A stretch of DNA of 60,740 bases. Origin: Bacteroidia bacterium (GTDB lineage Bacteria > Bacteroidota > Bacteroidia > Bacteroidales > VadinHA17). The position numbers and the translations under genes were made by a program. The first letter of the stretch is position 1, and the number at the start of each line of letters is the position of its first letter. Under the pieces are notes generated by a model, which was not told where the DNA came from, did no database searches, and saw only the letters and a list, made by a program, of their open reading frames with translations. Where the stretch lies: assembly GCA_026391215.1 (NCBI GenBank), contig JAPLDX010000133.1, positions 1 through 60,740 on the forward strand, written 5' to 3'. Shown here in pieces: positions 9,959 through 19,848 of the stretch.

Positions 9959-12881
9959 CTGTCATTCATATTACAGTCTTCGTTATGGAACGATGTCCGT
10001 TGAGCAGCTGGTACAGCAGGCCGTCTCTGCTGGAGCTGAAGCGATAACGCTGACGGATATCAATAATTCAACTGCCATACCTGAATTTGCAGGGGAATGC
10101 ATCAAAAACAACCTCAGACCTGTTGCCGGCATTGAATTCAGAAATGATAATGATCTTCAATACATAGGGATAGCGCGAAATAACAACGGATTAAGAGAAC
10201 TGAATGAATTCCTGTCAAAGCTCAATTTCGAAAAAACGCCGGTCCCGTTCCCGGCACCCCTATTCTCCCAGTCATACATCATTTATTCATTTTCGAAATC
10301 TCCCAAACGTAAATTATTTGATAATGAACGCATTGGCATAAAGACAGAAGAGGCAAACAGGCTCCTGTCACTTGAATCAAAGGATAGAGATCCAATGGTT
10401 ATTGTGCAACCGGTTACATTTGCCGGGAAGGATGATATTTTCATTCACAGAAGCCTTCGGGCAGTCGATAATAACATTCTCCTGAGCCATGTCAAGCCGT
10501 GGCAATGTGCCGGGGAGAATGAGCTTCTCAGTTCCCCTGATTATCTGAGAAGAGCATTTTCAGAATACCCGGTAATAATCAGCAATACTGAAAAGCTGCT
10601 CGGAGATTGCAGCCTCGACTTTGACAGGGAAAGTCAAAAAAACAAAAATATCTTTTCGGCAAGCAGATATGACGACAAACTGCTGCTTGAAAAGCTAGCC
10701 TGGGACGGGATGATATACAGGTACGGGAAACAGAATGATGAGGCAAGGAAAAGAATAAAGCATGAGCTTGAGATAATCGACAAGCTGGGGTTTTCGGCGT
10801 ACTTCCTGATAACCTGGGATATAATCCGGTACTCAATGGCAAGGGGTTTTTACCACGTCGGAAGAGGAAGCGGAGCCAATTCCATTGTTGCTTATTGCTT
10901 GAAGATCACCAACGTTGACCCTATTGACCTGAACCTTTACTTTGAGAGATTCATAAATCCCAAACGAAGCAGTCCTCCCGACTTCGACATTGATTATTCA
11001 TGGAAGGACCGGGATGAGGTTATCGATTACATCTTTAAAAGGTATGGGTATAATCATACCGCCCTTCTTGGAACGATAAGCACCTTCAGGGGAAAATCAA
11101 TCGTTAGGGAACTCGGGAAAGTCCATGGATTACCAAAAGAAGAGATTGATGCAATAATTGACAATCCATCATCCGAAACAAACAGGAACGGGATAACCGA
11201 TGTTATCTTTTCTACCGGACGCAGGATAGCTGATTTCCCGAATATGAGAAGCATTCATGCAGGGGGCATCCTCATTTCGGAGGAACCGGTATCATGCTAC
11301 ACCGCCCTTGATATGCCACCCAAAGGATTTCCGACAACCCAGTGGGATATGTATACTGCTAAAGAGATTGGTTTTGAGAAGCTTGACATACTCAGCCAGA
11401 GGGGTATCGGGCATATACGTGAAAGCGCCGATATAATCCTGAGGAACAGGGCAATAGATGTGGATGTTCACGCAATACAGAAGTTCAAGAACGATCAGAA
11501 GATCAAGGAGTATCTTAAAACCGGTGAGACAAAAGGGTGCTTTTATGTTGAAAGTCCTTCGATGCGCGGCCTCCTGCAGAAGCTCAGGTGCGATGACTAT
11601 AAAACCCTTGTCGCCGCCAGCTCGATAATCAGGCCGGGAGTTGCCCGCTCCGGGATGATGCGGGAATACATATATCGCTTCCATAATCCACACAACTTTA
11701 AGTACTTACACCCGATAATGAAAGAACAGCTTGAGGAGACTTTCGGAGTTATGGTCTACCAGGAAGATGTCCTTAAAGTATGTCATCATTTTGCCGGTCT
11801 CGACCTTGCCGATGCAGATACCCTTCGCCGTGCAATGAGCGGAAAATTCCGGTCGAAGCAGGAAATGAAGCGGATAGTTGATAAGTTCTTTTCAAACTGC
11901 CTCGAAAAGGGATACAGTGAAAAGCTTACAAAAGAGGTATGGCGGCAGATTGAGTCTTTCGCGGGTTATTCATTCTCAAAGGCTCACTCGGCATCCTATG
12001 CCGTAGAGAGCTTCCAGAGCCTTTATCTTAAAGCTCATTTCCCTCTGGAATTCATAGTAGCGGTTATTAATAATTTCGGCGGATTTTACAGGACATGGGT
12101 CTATGTTCATGAAGCAAAGAGATATGGGGCAAATATTCAGCTGCCTTGCGTGAACAGGAGCACTTACAAGACAACCATCTATGGTACAGATATCTATCTT
12201 GGATTTATCCATATAATGAGCGTTGAAGAAAAGCTTGCGAAATCAATTGAGGAGAACCGTCTGGCTGAAGGACCATTCTCAGGTCTGAGCGATTTTATAA
12301 CACGGCTCAGTCCCGGACTGGAACAGGTGATACTTCTTATAAGGGCCGGGGCATTCAGGTTCACCGGAAAAAAAAAGTCGGTGCTGCTGTGGGAAACCCA
12401 CATGATGATGAATAAAACCAGGCCGGATACCATGAGGCCTCTATTCTCCTACCCTGTTAAAGAATTTGCCCTCCCCGATCTTGAACACGACAGGCTTGAC
12501 GATGCTTATGATGAAATAGAACTTTTAAGCTTTCCTGTGTCATTGACATGGTTCGACATGCTTGAAACACAATTCAGGGGAGAGATATCAGCCCGTGATA
12601 TGATCAGTCATATCGGAAAGAGAGTCAGAATGGTCGGCCACCTGGTGACTATCAAGTACATAAGGACAATCAAAAAGGAATGGATGAATTTCGGGTGTTT
12701 TATTGATCCTGAAGGCAGCTTCTTTGACACAACACATTTTCCTCAGTCACTGAAGGAGTATCCGTTTAAAGGAGCAGGTACATATCTCATCCTTGGTAAA
12801 GTCGTTGAAGAGTTTGGTTATCCTTCGGTTGAAGTTGAAAAAATAGCCAGGCTTCCTGTTAAACCTGATAAAAGATACTGA
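9948..12881 (+). CDS. dnaE2: Error-prone DNA polymerase III alpha subunit (DnaE2-type)
   Basis: PHP domain HSYYS, GRGSGANS, PPDFDID, GYSFSKAHS; 977 aa; overlaps dinB by 11 bp; next to a LexA-like repressor. Confidence 0.85.
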   Translation: MYLNCHSYYSLRYGTMSVEQLVQQAVSAGAEAITLTDINNSTAIPEFAGECIKNNLRPVAGIEFRNDNDLQYIGIARNNNGLRELNEFLSKLNFEKTPVPFPAPLFSQSYIIYSFSKSPKRKLFDNERIGIKTEEANRLLSLESKDRDPMVIVQPVTFAGKDDIFIHRSLRAVDNNILLSHVKPWQCAGENELLSSPDYLRRAFSEYPVIISNTEKLLGDCSLDFDRESQKNKNIFSASRYDDKLLLEKLAWDGMIYRYGKQNDEARKRIKHELEIIDKLGFSAYFLITWDIIRYSMARGFYHVGRGSGANSIVAYCLKITNVDPIDLNLYFERFINPKRSSPPDFDIDYSWKDRDEVIDYIFKRYGYNHTALLGTISTFRGKSIVRELGKVHGLPKEEIDAIIDNPSSETNRNGITDVIFSTGRRIADFPNMRSIHAGGILISEEPVSCYTALDMPPKGFPTTQWDMYTAKEIGFEKLDILSQRGIGHIRESADIILRNRAIDVDVHAIQKFKNDQKIKEYLKTGETKGCFYVESPSMRGLLQKLRCDDYKTLVAASSIIRPGVARSGMMREYIYRFHNPHNFKYLHPIMKEQLEETFGVMVYQEDVLKVCHHFAGLDLADADTLRRAMSGKFRSKQEMKRIVDKFFSNCLEKGYSEKLTKEVWRQIESFAGYSFSKAHSASYAVESFQSLYLKAHFPLEFIVAVINNFGGFYRTWVYVHEAKRYGANIQLPCVNRSTYKTTIYGTDIYLGFIHIMSVEEKLAKSIEENRLAEGPFSGLSDFITRLSPGLEQVILLIRAGAFRFTGKKKSVLLWETHMMMNKTRPDTMRPLFSYPVKEFALPDLEHDRLDDAYDEIELLSFPVSLTWFDMLETQFRGEISARDMISHIGKRVRMVGHLVTIKYIRTIKKEWMNFGCFIDPEGSFFDTTHFPQSLKEYPFKGAGTYLILGKVVEEFGYPSVEVEKIARLPVKPDKRY

Positions 12882-12895
12882 TAAATATCATATAA

Positions 12896-15067
12896 TCAAC
12901 TATTTATGCGGATTACTTTCAAAACTCCTTTGATGGCATGTATTTTTCTTATTATACCATGCAGGACATCATTATTTGGCACAAGCAGATTCAGGATACC
13001 TTCAAACATTCCCTCTTCCATGTTATAATTGAAATTCCGTATAGTTACATTATACTTTGTAATAATATCAGAAATTTTGTTTACAATACTTATATCCTCA
13101 ACTCCTGTTATCTTTATGGATGTAATAAAATATGTCAGGTTTTTTGTTTTGATCCATCTTGCAGAAACCACCCTGTATGGATATCTGGCCATCATATTAT
13201 GGGCGTTAGGACAGCTGGTTCTGTGGATCTTGATTCCTTCTGAAATTGTTACGAAGCCGAATACTGTATCTCCAAAAACAGGATTACAGCACTTTGAAAG
13301 CCTATAGTCAAGTCCCTCCATCCTATCTTCAATGATCAGGAAATCTGCATATTGGGTGTCACCAATATCTTTGACCTCCTTTTCCGCTGGCAAAGGAGCC
13401 TGGGCAACAGGTTGAGGTGCCTGATCCTTCTGCAGGATCTCCTTAATCTCCAGAAGCTCAATTTTCCCGCTTTCTATCAGGAAATAAAGATCCTGTGCTG
13501 TTTTGAGATTATAATGATTGATCAGCCTTTGAATGACTGTATAGCCATAGGGCATTTTCCAGTTCTTCAGCCGGCGCATCAGCATTTCCTTCCCTTCGGC
13601 TGCTGCCCTTGTTTTTTCCTCGTTTAACGCCAGTTTTATCTTTGTTCTGGCTTTGCTTGTCACAACAAAGGAAAGCCAGTCACGCTTTGGCTTCTGGTTC
13701 TTGCTCCTTATAATATCGACATGATCCCCATTCTGCAGTATATGCTTTATTGTTACGTTTTTACCATTTACTTTCCCTCCTACGCAGGAAGCTCCAACGT
13801 CAGTATGTATTTCAAATGCAAAATCCAGGACCGTCGCACCTGCCGGAAGCTGTCTCAGATCTCCCTTCGGGGTAAACACAAATACTTCATCGGTATATAA
13901 GCCTGATCTTATCTGGTCGAGAAATGAACTCTCCTCCTTTTCAGAAGATTCAAGTATCTCACGCATTTTGGTAAGCCAGGTATCAAGTCCGCCCTCGCCT
14001 TTCATGCCCTTATACTTGAAATGTGCTGCCAGTCCTTTTTCTGCTATCTCATCCATTCTTGTCGAGCGGATCTGGACTTCAACCCACTTACCCCGGGGAC
14101 CAACCACTGTAGTATGCAGCGATTCATAGCCGTTTGATTTGGGAACAGAGATCCAATCACGCAGCCTGCTTGGATTAGGCTGGTACAGATCAGTAACTAT
14201 CGAATAAGCTCTCCAGCATTCTGATTTTTCGTTTTCTACATCACTGTCAAGTATGATCCTGACAGCAAACAGGTCGTAAATCTCATCAAATTCCACTCCC
14301 TGCTTTTTCATTTTAAGCATTATGGAATGAATTGATTTTGTGCGGCTCTTGATTGAGAATTTGAAACCGTTCTTTTCGAGTTTTTCCTTAAGCGGCTGTG
14401 AAAATTCCCGTATCAGCCTGTTTCGCGATGCAGTGGTCTGTTTCAGCCTGTTTTCGACATAATTATATTGATCAGGTTCAAGATATTTCACGGCAAGGTC
14501 CTCCATTTCCAGCTTAATATTGTAGAATCCAAGCCTGTGAGTAAGAGGTGCATAAAGGAAGTATGTCTCAGAAGCAAGAGGCAGCCTCTCCTTTTCAGGG
14601 GCTGTATCCAGATTTCGCATATATTCGAGACGCTCAACCATCTTGATAAGGATAACCCGGACATCGTCTGCAAGGCTTAACAACAATTTACGGAAGTTTT
14701 CTGCCTGGTATGATGACTGCATTGATTCAATGCTGCTTATCCTGGAGAAACCATTTAATATCTCTACCACCTTCTTTCCAAATTCCTTTTCAACCTCTTT
14801 TGGGGTGATAGTCAGCTTATTATATGAATCATGCAAAAGAGCAGTAACAATTGAGGTCAGTCCCAGATCCATTTCTCCTGCAATTATCCTTGCAACTGAA
14901 AGAGCATGAAGGATCTGAGCTTTACCGGTAAGCGTCACACAATCTCCGCATGAATCTATTGCAAGGTCCAGTGCTCTTCTGATCTTTCCAATATCTTCAG
15001 GGGCAACTGTCTTCCTGGTTGCCCTTAACAATGCCCTGTATCCCGATTGAAGTTCTTGTGAATTCAC
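12896..15067 (-). CDS. relA: Long RelA/SpoT homolog, (p)ppGpp synthetase with TGS and ACT domains; hydrolase motifs degenerate
   Basis: RTKSIHSI, DLFAVR, GYESLHTT, EVQIR, FVFTPKG..DFAFEIHT (TGS), KCCNP. Confidence 0.9.
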   Translation of the reverse strand: MNSQELQSGYRALLRATRKTVAPEDIGKIRRALDLAIDSCGDCVTLTGKAQILHALSVARIIAGEMDLGLTSIVTALLHDSYNKLTITPKEVEKEFGKKVVEILNGFSRISSIESMQSSYQAENFRKLLLSLADDVRVILIKMVERLEYMRNLDTAPEKERLPLASETYFLYAPLTHRLGFYNIKLEMEDLAVKYLEPDQYNYVENRLKQTTASRNRLIREFSQPLKEKLEKNGFKFSIKSRTKSIHSIMLKMKKQGVEFDEIYDLFAVRIILDSDVENEKSECWRAYSIVTDLYQPNPSRLRDWISVPKSNGYESLHTTVVGPRGKWVEVQIRSTRMDEIAEKGLAAHFKYKGMKGEGGLDTWLTKMREILESSEKEESSFLDQIRSGLYTDEVFVFTPKGDLRQLPAGATVLDFAFEIHTDVGASCVGGKVNGKNVTIKHILQNGDHVDIIRSKNQKPKRDWLSFVVTSKARTKIKLALNEEKTRAAAEGKEMLMRRLKNWKMPYGYTVIQRLINHYNLKTAQDLYFLIESGKIELLEIKEILQKDQAPQPVAQAPLPAEKEVKDIGDTQYADFLIIEDRMEGLDYRLSKCCNPVFGDTVFGFVTISEGIKIHRTSCPNAHNMMARYPYRVVSARWIKTKNLTYFITSIKITGVEDISIVNKISDIITKYNVTIRNFNYNMEEGMFEGILNLLVPNNDVLHGIIRKIHAIKGVLKVIRINS

Positions 15068-15138
15068 CTGAGATTATTATATAAATTAGTCCTGGTGCAA
15101 GTAAATAAATATTATTTTATTTAATTCCTGTTACAACT

Positions 15139-15174
15139 AAAAATCCCCGGCTCTTTTCAGAATCCCGGGGATTT
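15139..15174 (-). terminator. Rho-independent terminator downstream of the 15194-16270 gene
   Basis: AAATCCCCGG...CCGGGGATTT inverted repeat with a U-run on the minus strand. Confidence 0.65.
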
Positions 15175-15193
15175 ATCGATCAGGTAATTAGTT

Positions 15194-16270
15194 TTATCTG
15201 AATGAGATCCCCAATCCTGTCGATACAACATTATACTGTGCCCTTGTATAATCGGCATGGATGGTAAGTACTGCAAACTTCAGCCTGAAACCTATATTAG
15301 CCCTTAGTCCTGAGAAATTTTCAATGTTCATCTCGGGAAAGCTTTCACCTTTTCTAACCCCGCTATCGTTATATACAGCATTTGTTCCAACAAGAACTGG
15401 TGTAGGATAATTGCCGGACAGTTTGAGAACTGTACTAGTCTTGGTATAGCCCAATCCACCATAAAATGTTATGACTGCAAGGTTTACTGATGCTATAGCA
15501 CTTACATTCAAAGCTGTAACAGTTGCAGACAAATTCTGGTCACTAAAAGATGTTGCAGTGTATGTAGCATAATCCGTCAAAGAAGGTGGCTGCAAATTGA
15601 TCGGGACATTTCCATTCAACCTGGTATATCCTGCAAAAATAGATGCATCAACAGGCAGAAGCTCATTGCCTGGTATGTATTGCATTATGCTGTGCATCAG
15701 CCCGACACCCCATAACATAACATCACCCTTGAACTTATCCTGATCGAGCCGCAATCTTGGAATGAATCTTCCCTTTATTTCAGTTCCCAGTGGAAGACCT
15801 ATTCCTATCTGGGCAGTGGGTACCGGGATATATTTCCAGGCGGTTCCAGGAGGCGTATTAAATGTTGCAAGGGTATATCCTCCGGCTGAATAAGTCATCG
15901 CCGGACCATTTTCATTAGGACCAGCTATTGTAGGTGCCGGACCAGTTTTAGGACTTATATTTGTTGAAAGGTCCAGTGTTGATAAATCAAATGTTTCTGC
16001 TGAAGAGGGTACAAATCCGACATTTAATCCTGCAGTAACATCAAAGCCTCCGAATTTATGAGGTTTGGCAGTATTGTACCAGCCACCGTTCAATCCGGCC
16101 CCAAAAGCATTGATCCATGGAGCCATATAGGATTCCAGGAACTTAACACCGTCAGCAGTATTGCTTTTTAAGAAGTCGAACTTGTTATAAAACTGTGAAA
16201 AAGCAGCCGATGAAAACAATACAATCGTGATCATCAGGGTTGCAATACGTTTTGTGAACAGTCTATTCAT
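15194..16270 (-). CDS. DUF6588-like exported/outer-membrane beta-barrel protein
   Basis: Signal peptide, GLNGGWYNTAKPH, alternating beta-strand pattern, terminal GISFR. Confidence 0.7.
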   Translation of the reverse strand: MNRLFTKRIATLMITIVLFSSAAFSQFYNKFDFLKSNTADGVKFLESYMAPWINAFGAGLNGGWYNTAKPHKFGGFDVTAGLNVGFVPSSAETFDLSTLDLSTNISPKTGPAPTIAGPNENGPAMTYSAGGYTLATFNTPPGTAWKYIPVPTAQIGIGLPLGTEIKGRFIPRLRLDQDKFKGDVMLWGVGLMHSIMQYIPGNELLPVDASIFAGYTRLNGNVPINLQPPSLTDYATYTATSFSDQNLSATVTALNVSAIASVNLAVITFYGGLGYTKTSTVLKLSGNYPTPVLVGTNAVYNDSGVRKGESFPEMNIENFSGLRANIGFRLKFAVLTIHADYTRAQYNVVSTGLGISFR

Positions 16271-16414
16271 AGTCAGTGGATTTAGTAATTATCGGAACAA
16301 ATATAGAAAAATTTGATAACTCAAGTTAATGCCCTGCCTCAAATTACATAACGCATTCACAACTCCAAAGGTTGCATTAAAAGTAATAAATGAAGTGTTT
16401 ATCCGGTATCTGGA

Positions 16415-16927
16415 CTACTTTTCTTCTATACCCTCAAGCCCTTCCAGTTCTTCAATACCTAATGTATTTGAGAGTTCTGACAGCTCTTTCAGGTTAATAT
16501 TACCTTTTATGGAAATAAGTGAGTTGCCGCCGGTACCTCCTGAAATGACAAGGAGTTCCGATATATTGTCTCCATTCTGTCTGACCAGAAACATTGTCTG
16601 ATCATGACCATCCTTCACCACCATAAGCTCATCATATGCCGAGAAATCAAAACTCTTCCTTAGCTCGAGAAAGAAATTTATCTTTTTGGCTGAAATAGAA
16701 TCATCTTCTGACAATATCCTGATTGATTTAAGCCTGAGCATGATATTATCAGGCTTGCTTTCAGCCTCCAGGGAGCCAAGCAGGTTTAACATTCTGCCTG
16801 AGATTGATACGTATGTAAAACCCTCCTGGTCAGAGTATTTGTCAAATAGCTCATCAACCGGATTTGTCTGGGCATTCAATGCCGAACATATCAGAAATAC
16901 CCCTATGATTAAAAACTGCCTCTTCAT
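16415..16927 (-). CDS. DUF4252 family protein
   Basis: Signal peptide, LFDKYSDQEGFTYVSIS, YDELMVVKD, ISIKGNINL. Confidence 0.8.
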   Translation of the reverse strand: MKRQFLIIGVFLICSALNAQTNPVDELFDKYSDQEGFTYVSISGRMLNLLGSLEAESKPDNIMLRLKSIRILSEDDSISAKKINFFLELRKSFDFSAYDELMVVKDGHDQTMFLVRQNGDNISELLVISGGTGGNSLISIKGNINLKELSELSNTLGIEELEGLEGIEEK

Positions 16928-16933
16928 TTTAAT

Positions 16934-17521
16934 TTATTTATTATTGTTTCTTATGTTTATCTGATTCTCATTTGTAGATATTTGTTCAAAAAGCTTTATC
17001 CTTTTCAGGTTTTTTGAAATTATTACGGCTGACCTATCTATTGATCTCATACCTGTCAGTGTTGCAATTTGAATTTTACCTATTGGTTTTAATGCCTGTG
17101 TTCCCTTATTGAGCTTTACTGACACTTCATTCAGGATCCTCATTGTTTCGGCATATGCAAGCTTAGGATCTGAAAAAGTATCTTCTTGCTTCGGCTGAGG
17201 GAAAAAGAGAAAATATGAGCCTATCAGCAGAAGGATTGCTGCTGCAGAACTCAGAATATAGATATACCTCTTCCTGACAGATATGCTGCTTTTGTTCTTT
17301 TCAGTATCATAGACAACTTTCTTAATTCTCTCCTCAAAATCTGCTGACGGGACCGGTATAACATCAGCACAGCTGTAATGGCTGAATATCTCTTTTTCAG
17401 CTTCATAACCATCCAGGATATCATCGCCTGAAAAGTACTTTCTCAGGTCTTCTTCCTCTGACAAGGAGGTATCCCCGTTATAATACTTTTCCAGTAATTC
17501 TTTCAGTCTTTCCTCTTTCAT
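16934..17521 (-). CDS. Anti-sigma factor (single TM)
   Basis: LLEKYYNGDTSLSEEEDLRKYF N-terminus, one TM helix, DTFSDPKLAYAET; overlaps the ECF sigma gene. Confidence 0.75.
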   Translation of the reverse strand: MKEERLKELLEKYYNGDTSLSEEEDLRKYFSGDDILDGYEAEKEIFSHYSCADVIPVPSADFEERIKKVVYDTEKNKSSISVRKRYIYILSSAAAILLLIGSYFLFFPQPKQEDTFSDPKLAYAETMRILNEVSVKLNKGTQALKPIGKIQIATLTGMRSIDRSAVIISKNLKRIKLFEQISTNENQINIRNNNK

Positions 17522-18020
17522 CCGTGTACTTAATATATTTTTCCTTTATCATCTGTCGTGCTCTTGACAATATTACCCTCAGGTTATTTATATTCATGCC
17601 ATTCTGGCTGGCTATTTCCTCATATGACATACCGTTAATCTCACGTAACTGAACCAGGTCTCTGCAGGCCTCCGGCAGATCATCAATTATTCCGCTAACA
17701 ATTTCCCTTGTTTCCAGGCTTACCATCTGGTCGTACGGTGTCGGGGACTGATCAGCGGCTTGAGTATCTGATCCGTCTTTTTCAGAGTCAATATATTTCC
17801 ATTTTCTAAGGAGATCAATGCAGCTGTTCCTGGTCATTGTAACGGCTAGTGCGTTGATATTTTCATAATAATCAAGCTTATCTTTCATCATCCACATCTT
17901 CATGAAGACCTCCTGAACAACATCTTCTGATTCCTGCCTGTTTTTAATGATACTGTAAGCAATGACAAACAGTTTACGGTTCAGCTTATGTATTATATCA
18001 TTAAATGCATTACGCGTCAT
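17478..18020 (-). CDS. ECF sigma-70 factor
   Basis: SEDVVQEVFMKMW, RNSCIDLLRK, GMSYEEIA..LSRAR (regions 2 and 4). Confidence 0.9.
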   Translation of the reverse strand: MTRNAFNDIIHKLNRKLFVIAYSIIKNRQESEDVVQEVFMKMWMMKDKLDYYENINALAVTMTRNSCIDLLRKWKYIDSEKDGSDTQAADQSPTPYDQMVSLETREIVSGIIDDLPEACRDLVQLREINGMSYEEIASQNGMNINNLRVILSRARQMIKEKYIKYTDERGKTERITGKVL

Positions 18021-18068
18021 CAGGCAAGAATCCTAAAACAAATTCAGATCAAAGATAAAACAATCGAT

Positions 18069-18587
18069 TCAGTTACTATTAATAACAATTTCGACTCCGT
18101 TATCTCTTTTCATCCTGTCTGCGAATTCTTTTGCTTCTTTATAAGTCATATTCCCTTTGACCTGGATTAGAACGTTATCCTCACCGTCATCGTCGCCAGC
18201 GACTACCAGGAATTCCCTGAAACCCCTGCCATCAGCGCGGACAAGCATTACCAAGTCGTGATCGGAATTCTTTACTCTCATGAATTCTTCATAATCTTTG
18301 CGGTCAAGCTCTCTCTCAACCATTTCAAAGAAATTGCCGGCATAGATTCCATCATCTTCCTGGGCAAGTATCCTGACCGTACTTATATCTGCAGGCCAGT
18401 AATGATCATCATCATCATCATCATCATTATCAAAAGCCCTGATGAGCTTCAGCAGATTGCCGTTGATCGTAATTGTCGTAAAACCATCGCTCCCGGCATA
18501 CTTGTTAAAAAGAGCATCAACTGATTTCTGGCTGAATCCCGAAACTGTTATCATCATAATGACGATTGCGAAAATTAATCTTCTCAT
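18069..18587 (-). CDS. DUF4252 family protein
   Basis: LFNKYAGSDGFTTITIN, YEEFMRVK, LIQVKGNM; paralog of 16415-16927. Confidence 0.8.
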   Translation of the reverse strand: MRRLIFAIVIMMITVSGFSQKSVDALFNKYAGSDGFTTITINGNLLKLIRAFDNDDDDDDDHYWPADISTVRILAQEDDGIYAGNFFEMVERELDRKDYEEFMRVKNSDHDLVMLVRADGRGFREFLVVAGDDDGEDNVLIQVKGNMTYKEAKEFADRMKRDNGVEIVINSN

Positions 18588-18621
18588 ATAAACTGAATTA
18601 AGTTAAATAGAAATCGTTCTA

Positions 18622-18653
18622 TATGAAGACGTACAACACGATGTATCATTACA
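18622..18653 (-). promoter_or_regulatory. ECF-type promoter TGTAAT-N16-CGTCTTCATA
   Basis: Upstream of the DUF4252-ECF operon; the same spacing and motif recur at 44652 and 52382. Confidence 0.6.
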
Positions 18654-18676
18654 AAAAAAGCCGGAAATTTTTCCGG
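18653..18676 (-). terminator. Terminator after the SDR gene
   Basis: CCGGAA-N4-TTCCGG hairpin followed by T7 on the minus strand. Confidence 0.6.
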
Positions 18677-18704
18677 TATTTAAATATTATTTCTTTGGTT
18701 CATC

Positions 18705-19544
18705 TTACCTGACAGGAGAATCAGGCTCTTTTGACATTTCAATATATAAAGCCCAGTCTACAATAGTGGGGACTATTCTCTGGAAAAGTGCAGTTAACCT
18801 GCCTTCCCATGTGAGAATTTTGTTTCTTTTCTTCTTACGTATTCCTTTAAGCACCCATTTAGCAACATATTCCGGTGACATCAGCTTTCCCTCTTCCCTT
18901 GGCGATGTTCCTTGTTCCGTGCCGTCAGCTGTCAGAGCATGCTTCCTTATCTCTGAGGCTGTGAATCCGGGAGCTATAACCATCACGTGCAAGCCATTCT
19001 TTAGATTTTCAATCCTTATTGTTTCAAGGAAACCATGTATAGCAAATTTTGATGCAGAATAACCTGTACGGCCGGGAAGACCATGGAATCCTGCCACGGA
19101 TGAAACTCCAACCAGCGAACCCTTATTCGCAACCAGCAAGGGCAATGCATATTTGGTACAATAAACTGTGCCCCAGAAATTTACATTCATAAGAGTATGC
19201 AGTACTTTCAGGTCAACGTCATCAAAAGCAGCTCTCATTGAGAGACCAGCATTATTTATCAGTATGTTGAGAGTACCATATTTTTCAACAGTTCTTTCAA
19301 CAAGGCTTCTGCAATCTGCTTCGCTGGTGACATCGGTTCTCACAAAGCTTGCTTCCTGTTTCTTCCTCCTGATGTCTTCCACGATTGATGCAAGTCTTTC
19401 TTCCGACCTGGCAGCGAGCATAACTTTGCTTCCATTGGCTGCAAATTCACGGGCGACAGCTTCACCTATCCCGGAAGATGCACCTGTGACTATTACAACC
19501 TTGTCTTCAAAAAGGCGTTTCATGTTTTGAATCTCTTCAAACAA
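18705..19544 (-). CDS. SDR-family oxidoreductase
   Basis: TGASSGIG, NNAG and YSASK motifs. Confidence 0.9.
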   Translation of the reverse strand: MFEEIQNMKRLFEDKVVIVTGASSGIGEAVAREFAANGSKVMLAARSEERLASIVEDIRRKKQEASFVRTDVTSEADCRSLVERTVEKYGTLNILINNAGLSMRAAFDDVDLKVLHTLMNVNFWGTVYCTKYALPLLVANKGSLVGVSSVAGFHGLPGRTGYSASKFAIHGFLETIRIENLKNGLHVMVIAPGFTASEIRKHALTADGTEQGTSPREEGKLMSPEYVAKWVLKGIRKKKRNKILTWEGRLTALFQRIVPTIVDWALYIEMSKEPDSPVR

Positions 19545-19612
19545 AATTCTATCGCTAAAATAACTGATTTTCTAATCAAATGAAGTATGATTTCAAAGTG
19601 ACGGTATAAAAT

Positions 19613-19644
19613 AGAAAACCCGGAACAAATATTCCGGGTATTCT
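19613..19644 (-). terminator. Terminator directly downstream of the tRNA-like fragment
   Basis: AGAAAACCCGGAA-loop-TTCCGGGTATTCT inverted repeat, U-rich tail on the minus strand. Confidence 0.65.
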
Positions 19645-19646
19645 TT

Positions 19647-19661
19647 GTGATCTAGCTGGGA
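19647..19661 (-). other. tRNA 3'-end-like fragment (Arg-like), probable att site at the left end of the element
   Basis: Minus strand reads TCCCAG-CTAGATC-AC, i.e. T-stem 3' strand, acceptor 3' strand and discriminator. The T-loop and the rest of the tRNA are absent. It is followed by a terminator and lies near an integrase. Confidence 0.55.
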
Positions 19662-19848
19662 CCCGCTTATTTATTTTATGATGATATCAAATGACTGTTA
19701 AAACCCTCAGTATTACAGCTATTTATAAAAATAAGGTTTATCATGAGTTATCAAAATAGCTCACAATGTTAATAAATTTCTTGCCCTGATTCTTCCCCGT
19801 ATTATATTTTATTTAATTTTGCTCTATTGATAAATTAAAACTATTGTT

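Noticed and set aside
18402-18431. (TCA)n microsatellite as a phase-variation tract
   Set aside because: The trinucleotide unit keeps the frame and simply encodes a poly-Asp loop.
19565-19578. TGATTTTCTAATCA as a further repressor box
   Set aside because: The spacing is 3 bp too short relative to the three matching sites.
19647-19720. Intact tRNA gene
   Set aside because: Only about 15 nt of a 3' end; no T-loop, anticodon arm or D arm.
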